64,000 bases of DNA, taken from Ascoidea asiatica JCM 7603 (lineage: Eukaryota; Fungi; Ascomycota). The position numbers and the translations under genes are program-made. The DNA lies in the NCBI GenBank assembly GCA_001600695.1, contig BCKQ01000013.1, positions 188,045 to 252,044 of the forward strand. Reading direction: 5' to 3'. Positions 11,902 through 22,026 of this stretch are shown here, piece after piece. Below the pieces are notes generated by a model. It ran no database searches and was not told where the DNA came from. It saw only the letters and a list, made by a program, of their open reading frames with translations. Each line of letters opens with the position of its first letter. Within the stretch, counting starts at the first letter, position 1.

Positions 11902-12889
11902 ATGCTTTCAAATAATTATAATCATAATAATAATCATAATAATAATCATAATAATAACAATAATATAATGATGAAAGAACAAATATAAAAAGAAAAAGTA
12001 GTGAATCAAAAAACCCTTTAAGAAGAATAAAAAAAGAAAATCAAATGAATCTAATAATACCAATGGTTTAAGAACCGAATTACCAGATGAATTTGTAAAT
12101 GAATCTGTAAATGATCACCTGAACCATTTACAGACTAATTTGAATGATAATCATCCAACAGTATTAGAAAATGAAAGAGAAAGTGAAAGAGAACTAGATT
12201 CACTTCAAACAGAAGTAGAAAATCCAGCTGGTAAATTGTCTTTAAAAGATCCTCAAATTTCAGGTGATCGTATAACTGCACCCACTTCTTCAAAAAGGCC
12301 CTTATCGCATACTATTGATCCTAATAATATTTCTCCTAATCGAACTATTAATAATACAGAAGTAATGGCTGGAAAGCTGAGAAAATTGGCTTTGCATGAT
12401 ATAAATATATCACAAGCTAAAGGTTTTACAAGATTTACAGAACCAATTGTCAAAAGAATAAATAAATATTTTAAAAAAAATAATTTATTGAAGTATTCAA
12501 TTAACTTGAATAATCAACGTGCTGATCAAATTCCTTCAAGCTCTTCAAGTTCTTCACTTTGCTTGTTTAATCAATTTTATAATAAAAATGGTAAAAATAG
12601 TAACAATTGTAAAAATGGTAATAATACTAACAATGGTATTAATTTTCACAGAAATATTAATCAAAAGTCTCCTGTGACTCAACCTTTTCAAAATACTAAT
12701 AATCACTTTGATAATTTTTATAGAATTGGAAATTATAATGGACTTAATCCTCATTATGAAATTTATTCCTTTGCTATTCCTTATTATGGAAATTTCAATC
12801 CACCTAGTTTTTATTATAGAGGTATTCCTTATCCTAGAAATTATATAAGAGTTAATACTTTAATAATTGAAATTATCTTTCAAGTATGA
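11902..12889 (+). pseudogene. Frameshifted ORF of unknown function (pseudogene or homopolymer assembly errors)
   Basis: The frame of track ORF 12140..12889 is open from 12005 but has no ATG near its start. ATG 11902 (MLSNNYNHNNN...) joins it only through two frameshifts in AAT/poly-A tracts. Confidence 0.5.
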
Positions 12890-12914
12890 TTTATAACAAT
12901 AGACATTATTATGT

Positions 12915-13090
12915 ATATGAAAGAAATATCTATATTAAATGATACCTTCACCTAATACAAAACCCATTTTTATCTTTTTCAAAGGGTCTTGAAGTCTTTC
13001 AAGTTGGTTATTACAAGTTGTTGATAAAGATTTTGATCTTGGAAAACTAGTTTAAATATAAATTAAAATTTAAGTTGCTCCAGCTACTGC
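12915..13090 (-). pseudogene. Decayed internal fragment of CEM1 (inverted copy of ~34935-35120)
   Basis: Reverse complement shares exact blocks with CEM1: CAAGATCAAAATCTTTATCAAC (13020-13041 vs 34988-35009) and GGTTTTGTATTAGGTGAAGGT (12944-12964 vs 35065-35085). It contains indels and a stop. Confidence 0.9.
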
Positions 13091-14193
13091 AGTCCAAAAC
13101 AACAAACAACATTCACTTCAGAAAGTTCAGCAAATTTCCCTCATGTTTAATAGAATTTTCTTTGAATTCAAACAATTTATTTTGATGTTAGTTCCAATAA
13201 TTTAAGTAACTTTAATAGTTTCCTCGTTCATAATAAAAAATTAACATTGTTTCTTTTAATTTCCTTTATTTAGTTAGCCAAAATCTTAAAATTTAAAAGA
13301 TTTTTTTTTTTAAAATGAATCGGTTTTCAATTTGATTTGGACTTCAAAAACAATACTTAAATCAATCATATTCTAATAAAATTCACCCTGTTGTATGAGA
13401 TTTTTTTAATACTTTTAGAGTTCTTAGTGTTTACCAAATCTTGGCTTATTATCGATTATTAAATTTGATGATAAATTTACTTATAAAATTATCTTCAGCT
13501 TCACTAATAAATTCAGCTATAGACTTATAATTATATTTAGTGTTTTTCTTAAGTTTTTAACTCCATAATAATATTATTTCGTGATATAACAAACTATCTA
13601 TAGCTTTAAGTTATGTTAATCCACTCTAATTTTTAAAATTACAGAAGTTCTTTAAAAAGCTAAGTTGGAATACTATCAGGAAGAAATATCTCTTTTGAAA
13701 AAAACTTGAAATACTTCAGTGTTTATTGTTTTAACTCACTGAAAAGTCATTAAAGTCTTAATTTAACAAGAAGATGCAAAAGTAAGAGTATCTTGTTATG
13801 TCAAATGCATGAAAAAAAAATTAAGTGTAAGTGAATTAAAGTGAATTGAAACGATATAAAAATACTAAACTATGCTATAAATGTTATTAAATTATAATAA
13901 TTTTAATAACTTTTGAAAATGATTAACTGAATAACCAAATTGATTAACCAATCAATAATAATAAAAAAAAGAACCTAACTAACACATTTCTAAAAAAATT
14001 TAAAAAAAAGGACAAAAAAATAAATATTGAGTAACAAAATAACAATCATAACTAACTAAACAAAACAAAACATATAAATATAAACAAAAAAAAAAAAAAA
14101 AAACAAAACATATCAATATAAACAAAAAAAAACAAAACAAAAACAACAAAAACAATAAAAATTTATAATTTAATCATCACTTTTGAATTTTAC

Positions 14194-15816
14194 TTAAAAA
14201 CAATCATCTTCATAGTATTGATTACAAAATATTCTCATTTCATTATATTCTTCTTTAATTTTTTCAAATGCAATTTTTGACAATATTCCCCATTTAAGAT
14301 AATTTTTTTCTTTTTTTCTTTTACTTCTTTTATTTTTTGTATTTTTTTTATCATCTTCCACTTCCTCTTCATCATCAACTTCATCTTCTTCTTTCTCATT
14401 CTGATTCTCTTCTATGAAAATGAATTCTTCCTCTTCTGTTTCTTCCAATATTTTTTTCAACTCTTCAATGCTTTTCTTTTCTAAATCATCTTCATAAAGA
14501 TCTTCATCATCACTATTATAATCTTCAAAATCATCAAGATCATCTTTGTAATTATCATTACCTTCATCATCAGTTTTATCATCATAGTCATCATCATAGT
14601 CATCATTTAGATCATCATTTTCATTATCATTTTCAAAGTTTGGTGATTGATTTTCTTCACTTTTATTGTCCTCTCCACCATCTTCACTTTCTTTTTGTCC
14701 AAATTTAGCTGTGTATTGATTGAAATCTTTTCCATCATTAAGGTAATCTAGATCAAGTAATCCAGGATATTTATCATTAATTCTTTTTAATAAATAATTA
14801 TTTGCAGAATTATTTAAACTAAAATGAAATGAATCAATATTAATAAATTGTCCATAAAATTGCAATTTTTCACAATTTACTTGAAATAATGCTAAACCTA
14901 ATGCTGATGATGATCCTTTAATATAATGTGCAAGTGATGATAATTTTGAAAATAATTTTTTAAATGTGTTTAATTTCATTAATTCAATTTGAAAAATTAA
15001 AAAAGTTTTTTCATTTTTAGTATATTGATTATCTTCTTCAATTTCAAAATTTGAATAAAATTCTTCCTCTTTTTCATTATTTCTTTTTTTTTTATTACCA
15101 AGATTTTCAAATTTTTCAAATTTTGCATCTAAAATATATGAATCAAATTCTTTTTCAATAAATTTTAAAAAAAAATCTTCATCTAGTACAATTCTACTAT
15201 AATTATATGAATCTTTAGAATCTATAGGTTCTGGAAAATTTGAAAATAAATTTGAATTCAAATCTAGGTTTTTGAAATTTTTATTAATTAAATTAATTGA
15301 ATTATCATTGGAAGTTGATAATTTTTTAATTATTTGATATTTTTCATTCATATAAATATCAATTTTTTCAAAAAGTTTAATGAGTAATAAATTAATTTGT
15401 TTAAAAGATGTTAAAGCTTGTAAAAAAAACAAATAAAATAAATTTCTTGAAAAGTAAGAATCTGAATCGTCCATTGCTAAAATTTCATTTAAAAATGTCC
15501 AATCTATAGAATCAGGATTATGATAAACAATTTTTTCATCATCATCATCATCATCATATTCTTCATCAGATTCATTATTTATGTTTGTAATTGGTTCTAC
15601 ATCTTTATTACTTGCAATATCCGAAAATGGATCAATGAATCTTCCTGGTGCCAGACTCATAAGGATTCTTTCCATTTCTGTATTATAGTCACTTTGAATA
15701 TTTCTACCAATTTCTAGATCATCTTTCATTTTTGAACCATTATTTCTACTGGATTCATAATTATTAATCTGGGAAGAATTATTTGAATTGGTATTGGTTG
15801 ACATTGAGGTTGACAT
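14194..15816 (-). CDS. YPD1: Histidine phosphotransfer (HPt) protein, Ypd1-like, with large insertions
   Basis: IDWTFLNEILAMDDSDSYFS...FFLQA; LSSLAHYIKGSSSALGL...CEKLQFYG (phospho-His motif); C-terminal helix AFEKIKEEYNEMRIFCNQYY. Confidence 0.85.
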   Translation of the reverse strand: MSTSMSTNTNSNNSSQINNYESSRNNGSKMKDDLEIGRNIQSDYNTEMERILMSLAPGRFIDPFSDIASNKDVEPITNINNESDEEYDDDDDDEKIVYHNPDSIDWTFLNEILAMDDSDSYFSRNLFYLFFLQALTSFKQINLLLIKLFEKIDIYMNEKYQIIKKLSTSNDNSINLINKNFKNLDLNSNLFSNFPEPIDSKDSYNYSRIVLDEDFFLKFIEKEFDSYILDAKFEKFENLGNKKKRNNEKEEEFYSNFEIEEDNQYTKNEKTFLIFQIELMKLNTFKKLFSKLSSLAHYIKGSSSALGLALFQVNCEKLQFYGQFINIDSFHFSLNNSANNYLLKRINDKYPGLLDLDYLNDGKDFNQYTAKFGQKESEDGGEDNKSEENQSPNFENDNENDDLNDDYDDDYDDKTDDEGNDNYKDDLDDFEDYNSDDEDLYEDDLEKKSIEELKKILEETEEEEFIFIEENQNEKEEDEVDDEEEVEDDKKNTKNKRSKRKKEKNYLKWGILSKIAFEKIKEEYNEMRIFCNQYYEDDCF

Positions 15817-18406
15817 TGTTGTGAAATTAAAGATGAATTTTAAGAAACTATGAACAAAAAAAGGTTAAATAAAATAAAGGAAATTAAATCAGAAATAAAT
15901 TCTAAATTAAAATATTTGATGATAAGTTAAAATAATATAATATATAATGACAAGATAATATGAAAATATAATATAGTGAAAAATTTCTAGGAATTTTAAT
16001 GAAACTTATATAAATAAATATTATATCTAAGTTGTTATGTAATTGTGTAATTGAAGTAATAAGTAATAATTAATGAGTTAAGAGTGTTTGAGTAATTGAA
16101 TACTCAAATATTTGAATAAAAAGACTTCGTATAAAAGAAAGATTATTCTATAAGTTTTTTTAATTGAAAAGCTGCTCTTATCAAGTGCTATTTTAACAAG
16201 AAACAAATGTCAGACAGATAAATAATTTAAAACGATGATTATGAGTGAGGTAATTAAATTCAAATTGAATTTCTTTATCCAATTATTGAACGACAAGTTG
16301 ATAAATAGGTAGACCAATTGATTTTGAGAACCGAGTGAATATTTAAAGGTTTGAGTAAAAAAATAGAATGTCCTCCTTGAAGAGCTTTAGTTTGATTTTT
16401 GATTGAATGATTATAAATTTGTTATTGGGAAAATGTGAGAATACTTCTTATAAGAAAAAATGGAATATCACAATCAGTTACTAATATTAGTACTTTTTTT
16501 GTAATGAGTTGTAATATTTGAGTAAATGTTGATGATATAAGAATATTATTGATGTTATTGGAATTATTGAAATATAGAGAAAATTTACCAATGTTCCATA
16601 GAAATGAAATGAAATTTGAATTCGAATGGTTGATTTGAATTTAAATATGATTTTACCACTAAGTTTACTGGCTCAGTAAATAAGATTATTTAGATAATTT
16701 GAGTATCAAGAATGAAATATTAAATAGTAATTATATAATTTAACCTAAAGTGAAAATTAAATACGAATAGAAGTTAAATAGAAATAAATAAGGAGAAGTA
16801 GAATCAAGTGGAAAAAAAAAAAAAAAAAAAGTAAAATAGAAGTGAATAAATGTTTTCAAATGTGGATTTTTAAAATTATTTATATATAAAATTCTTTATA
16901 TCAGAGTAATTTAAAGTAAATCAGTATTTATATTACAATAATATTGTGAGAATATTGTGAGAGTTACTTTTATGAAGTCAGCAGTACATTGAATGACTTT
17001 GGATTTGATTAACGAAATTCTCTTTGTTTTTTTTAAAAATCTCAAAAAATCAAAGTACAAGGAAAAATGGAATAGAAAAAAGGGTAAAAAAAATTGAATT
17101 AGTTAATTCATAATGAAATTCTTCTCGAAATATTTCTTTTGATCTTTGAATAATATTGTAGTGATTAGTGAGATTGTAAATTGATATTAAATATGTTAAA
17201 AAAAGAGCTCGTATCAAACATAAAATTAATCAATGAAATAACTGATTACTGTCGTAGTTTTAGTGAATTAATTAATAATTTTATGTACGATTACAATAAT
17301 CAATAATTAATAAAGTAACAAGTTATGATGAAATTGAGAAAATTAAAGGTGAGAATTATAATATTGATGTGAATTGTGTAAATTGAGAATTATTTTGTAC
17401 GAATGTTTTGATAAATTTATAAAATAAATATTGTAACATTACATTAAATAAATTTTGAGATTAAGTTGAGATAATAATTATCTTTCTTATTGATTAAATG
17501 GTATGGTTTACGATACGAATCGGGGATTTTTTTATTATACTTGTACTGTACAATGAATTAAAACTGAATTGAAAGTGAATTAAAAGTGAATTTGAAGAGT
17601 TAATAAAGTGACATGATTGAATAATTTTTACAAAATTTAAGAAAATAATAGTATTAGTTTGAATAATCTTATTCATCTTAGGTCAATTAATATAATTTAT
17701 AAGTAATTATAAATATTTTTATTTATTGAAAGTACGACAAAAAATTTAATTTAAAAAAAATCAATTATAGAATATATAATCTTCATAGAAATAAATTATG
17801 AACTTTATAATTTATATTTCTTATTGAAGATATCCTTAATACAATACACAATAAGTGAATTCAAATGAAACCTTGGGTATGGTAGTAATTGTGATTTAAA
17901 ATGATAATATGAAACAACTTATTATAGAAATTAATAAGATTGAGAGTAAAGTATTATTGTAATGAAATTCATATCATAAGATTTTTTTTTTTGCTCAATA
18001 ATCTTATCTTTAGAAAGAGAATCAAATTGATATTTTTTTTTGAACTAAACTAATAAATTCCTTTTTTCAAATGCTTGTAAATTTGTAATATATTCTTCAA
18101 TTGCAAAATAAAAAATTTATATGTTTTAATTGAGGATTTTCAAAGATCAAAGTTCAGGCCGGTGGAGGAGCGCCCAATTACGTAATAAAAACAGGGCCAA
18201 ACTTCAACGTGTGTGCATTATTTTACAGTTTATCACAGAGCGTGACTGTGCAGTGCTGATACTAAAAGTAGTTGCAAGCGGCGGTGGAACATATGTGTGT
18301 TTAGGCACTAAGTTCTGCAGCTAAAATGCATAGACTATGTTCCAAAAACACTGGCTGAAAGCAAGGTCACTGTATTTTGGTGAGGCCGGATGCGGTAGAG
18401 AAAGTT

Positions 18407-18423
18407 ACCGGAAATTTTCCGGT
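18407..18423. promoter_or_regulatory. 17-bp palindrome ACCGGAAA-T-TTTCCGGT, possible Zn2Cys6 dimer site
   Basis: Perfect 8-bp inverted arms containing CGG triplets, inside GC island 18140-18520. Confidence 0.4.
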
Positions 18424-20147
18424 GTGTGTTGAGGTAAGAGAATAACGTTTTCTTAACCACAAAAACGGTCAGCCCACTGTACATAGACTAACTTAAAAGT
18501 ACATGCTCGTATCGACATATATGGATATTTTCAGTTGTGAGTATTTTCATATTAATTTTATAAATATCAATCAATATTTCGCTTGATTTTAATCAAGGAA
18601 ATAAATCAATTAGGTTTGTTACGTTTTTTAGGTTTGTTTGTTGACAAAGGTTGAGAATTTCCTTGAAAGTATCACAAGCATTTTTTTTTTTTTTTTTAAA
18701 TTGGCTTGTTTTTATTAGAAATTTTAAAAGAAGCATGAAAGTTAAGAAAATTAAAAAAGTTAAGAAAGTTAAGAAAGTTAAGTAAGAGAAAATAGCCGAT
18801 TTGATTAAGATATGAGGTTTTAATCTCTTGGGATAACCTGAAATTGATATTTATTCAGTTTTGTAGCCGGCCGGGAGAGATTCATACGTCATAGATTTCA
18901 TTTCATTTGATTTCTTCTTTTTTAAAAAAAATAAAAATTGTAAGAATTCAAACACTTGATTAACAATCGGCGTTTCAGAGACTCGTTTAAGATAAGATTA
19001 TTTTCTGAGATAAAAGATAAAATAATAAAATAAACAAAATGATATTTATTAATATTAGACTCTCGTTTTCAATACGTGTTGGGTTCAAATTTATCCGATT
19101 TACTTGAAGAATCCTTCTTTATCAGACTAAAATCAGCTCCTAAAACGGAGAGGTTACTTTTGAAGATTTTGATAAGCTTATTCATTTGATTATTTTAAAA
19201 AATGATAAGTCATTAATAAGTTCATTACGTATGACAGTCCATTAGCTTCAACTATTGATATGTTCATCACTTGCTTTTTCAATACCAAATACTAATTTTC
19301 GTTTTCTCTTTCCAAATTGCACTTTTTCTAGAACTTACTTTATCACAATAATCAACTTCAACGTTGTGAGATTCCTACAGTAGTTATCTCAAATACCTTT
19401 TTTTCTTTCACACTTGAACCTTTTGAATCTCCATGAATTCAAAAAACCAACAAAGCTAACGACCCTGATATTTTTACAAATATCGGTTTTGTTTTTGCTG
19501 CTTGCGATTCGGCCCAAGAAATAAGATCAGTGTGATCTTTCCATTACCATCCGCACGGGTCCGCAACGTGCTCATCTCCCATGTTTTAGACTGCCACAGC
19601 CGCTGTCTCGCTGGAATGTGCTGTTTCAGAATGCTGGAAGCGCGGAGACATGCTGCTTTTCACGATTTTTACGATTTTCCGTATTTACCCGTGTTTTTCC
19701 GTTTAGTCCAGCCTAAAGTAATCAACCTGCGCCACATCCACTCCACTGTTCCCCACTGCCCCTCGCCTGCACCTGCAGCGGTCACTTTTTGTCCCATTCA
19801 AAAGCCGTTAATCCGCGCTAATCCGCGCTGGCTTGTTCGGTGCTTGGCCGAGACGACCAAAAACTTTCCGGGGTTTTTTTTTCCTGCCTGCCAGCCGCCA
19901 ACGCGTCTAGCAATTATTTTTTTCAACTACTGCTGCTACCGACGCCGTTTTCACGGGTCTCCTTTTTGATATATTCAATTATAAATTAGTCGAGGTTTAA
20001 TTTCAAGAAAGTATATAAAGATCAAAATATTAATATATTTATCTATTTATCTATTTATCTATTTATCTATTTATCTATTGATTGTATTACAATAATAATT
20101 GAAAATATAATTGATAATCTCAATATTATTAACAAAAATAAAAAAAA

Positions 20148-21203
20148 ATGTTTTGGTTTTCATCTTTAAATATAACTCCAATTGAAAATTTAGAAAAAAT
20201 TATAGAATTTTCATATACAAATGATTCATATTTTATTTCTGAAAAAGATTTAATTAAAAAAAATGATTCAATTTCAAATAATAATTTATTAAATTATGTA
20301 AATTTATTTAATTATCCTATTTTCAATACAATTTTTCAATCAAAAAAGATTTTAATTGTTAAAAAACCTGAAAATGATAATGAAAATGATAATGAAAACA
20401 ATAATAAAGAATATTTAAAACCAGAATTAACTCCAAAAGTATTGAAGAAATTAATTAATGATAATGAAATTGGAGATGCAATTGAAATTGATGATGAAAT
20501 TGATGATGAAATTGATGATGAAATTAAAATTGATCAAAATAAATATTTTATTGAAATTAATGGTGAAAAAATAGATCCAGTTGAATATATTTTTAATCCA
20601 GAAAAATTTAATTATTTATTAATTTCAAATAATTTAAATAATAATTTAATTAAAAAAAAATTAAAAAAATTTATAGATTTAATTGAAGAAAAAAATAAAA
20701 TTATAAAAAATTTAAAAATTGAATCAAATAAGAAATTTAAAATGAAATTTAAAATAAAATTTAATAAGGATTCTGAAATTATTCAAAATGAGCAAAATAT
20801 CAAAATAAATTCAAATAAATTAATCTCATTCAATGAAGAAGTCAAAGTTAATACAAAAATTTCATCAATTTCATCAATTTCATCAATTTCATCAATTTCA
20901 TCATTTTCTAATTTCTTATCTATAAATTTCACGAAATTAATAACTAAAATTGATTTACATCATAAAAATAATAATGATAATTTAATTCAAAATAAAGAAA
21001 AAATTACCTCAATCGAAAATTGCAAAATCAAAGGTAAAGATAAAAGTAAAGATAAAAGTAAAGATAAAAGTAAAGACAAAAGCAAGACTCTTCAGTTGTT
21101 AAATACTCAAAAAGATTTATCAAATTTAAATAAACCTTTACCTCCACTTCCAAGTAATTTCAAAATCTTTAAAAATTATATCAATTTTTTCTTTCAGTAT
21201 TAA
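20148..21203 (+). CDS. Hypothetical protein with C-terminal NKPLPPLP (SH3-ligand-like) motif
   Basis: 351-aa ORF with host-like codon usage, TATATAAA at ~20013 and an A-rich start context; no domain recognised. Confidence 0.65.
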   Translation: MFWFSSLNITPIENLEKIIEFSYTNDSYFISEKDLIKKNDSISNNNLLNYVNLFNYPIFNTIFQSKKILIVKKPENDNENDNENNNKEYLKPELTPKVLKKLINDNEIGDAIEIDDEIDDEIDDEIKIDQNKYFIEINGEKIDPVEYIFNPEKFNYLLISNNLNNNLIKKKLKKFIDLIEEKNKIIKNLKIESNKKFKMKFKIKFNKDSEIIQNEQNIKINSNKLISFNEEVKVNTKISSISSISSISSISSFSNFLSINFTKLITKIDLHHKNNNDNLIQNKEKITSIENCKIKGKDKSKDKSKDKSKDKSKTLQLLNTQKDLSNLNKPLPPLPSNFKIFKNYINFFFQY

Positions 21204-21504
21204 AAACTTTAAAAAAACAAATTTATTTATTATTTCTTATCTTTTTCTATATAGTTTTTTTTCTTTTGACTTCTTTTGACTTCTTTTGACTTTTTTTTCT
21301 TTAAAATTTAGTTTATATTTTATATTATACATTTTATTCAAATCTTTTTTTTTTCGTTTCATTTCATTTCATTTCAATTCAATTCAAATACTGTTTGTAT
21401 ACTTTCAAATAAATGTATAATTATAGTCATGATGAAGATTCTTGAATTATTTATATTTGTTTATTGTTAAAGTTCAGACCCTTTGATTATTTCTAGAAAT
21501 GAAA

Positions 21505-21723
21505 AAGAGAACCCGCGAAGTTGGTCTCACTCCTAGAATAACCGTGATCATGGTCTCATAGACAAGTACCGCTATTATGGTCTCACCAACAAGTTCCATG
21601 ATATTGGTCTCGTGAAGAAGTACCATGCTATTGGTCTCATGAAGAAGTACCATGCTATTGGTCTCATTTATAAAAGTACCCTGTTGTTGGTCTCAAGCAA
21701 AAGGTTTCCACCATAACGGTAGA
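21505..21723 (+). repeat. Tandem array of 8 units (27-29 bp) of AAGTACC-N8-GGTCTC with variable spacers
   Basis: GGTCTC at 21523, 21552, 21579, 21606, 21633, 21660 and 21689, plus a degenerate GGTAGA at 21718; each is preceded by [A/C/T]CC exactly 8 bp upstream. Confidence 0.95.
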
Positions 21724-21728
21724 GAAAG

Positions 21729-21783
21729 ATCACCACGGGCAAGAAGATAAAAGATGGTCAAATAAAAGATGGTTTTCTTGCTT
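21729..21783 (+). repeat. Dispersed element, inverted copy of ~43812-43890
   Basis: Exact 20-mer ATCACCACGGGCAAGAAGAT (21729-21748 = reverse complement of 43871-43890), followed in both copies by AAGA[T/A]GGTC-type repeats and TCTTGCTT. Confidence 0.85.
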
Positions 21784-21803
21784 CTTGTTTCTTGTTTGTT
21801 TTT

Positions 21804-21857
21804 ACGCGTTCGGCGCTTGACCAGTCACGTGTCCTATACAAAAGATCCAAAACGCGT
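21804..21857. promoter_or_regulatory. Two MCB elements (ACGCGT) and a Cbf1-type E-box upstream of PDS5
   Basis: ACGCGT at 21804 and 21852, GTCACGTG at ~21824; cohesin genes are typical MBF (G1/S) targets. Confidence 0.75.
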
Positions 21858-22026
21858 TATTCATTCTTATTTTTATTTCTTATTTATTTATTTACTTCTT
21901 TCTTTTCTTTCTTATTTATTTGTTTATCTTCTTCTCTTTCATCTATTTCACCATCTTTATCATCCCTTTATTCAATCAATCAATCAATCAATTAATTAAT
22001 CAATCAATAAATAAATCAATACAAGA

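Noticed and set aside
12051-12131. Minus-strand intron explaining the 82-bp difference between the 12-kb and 43.7-kb copies
   Set aside because: GT..AG ends exist, but the junction is off by one base and there is no TACTAAC-like branch point
13150-13400. PRP6-derived fragment
   Set aside because: Short AT-rich matches to 48460-48590 are not collinear
19502-19969. 155-aa ORF and similar short ORFs in GC islands (1435, 1613, 18130, 33941, 38174, 41441, 41607, 54104-54746)
   Set aside because: Mostly non-ATG starts, no domain, atypical codon usage; expected by chance where stop codons are rarer
21591-21665. FRT / 2-micron plasmid site (AAGTTCC resembles the FRT start; 8-bp core)
   Set aside because: Arms are only 3-6 bp rather than 13 bp and no recombinase is encoded in the window; kept only as a geometric analogy
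21505-21723. CRISPR array
   Set aside because: Eukaryotic context, variable parts only 8 bp and related to each other, no cas genes, and the same motif occurs singly in promoters
21505-21723. Interstitial telomeric repeat
   Set aside because: Units are too heterogeneous in the core and lack a GGTGT-type Rap1 core; cannot be fully excluded without the species' telomere sequence
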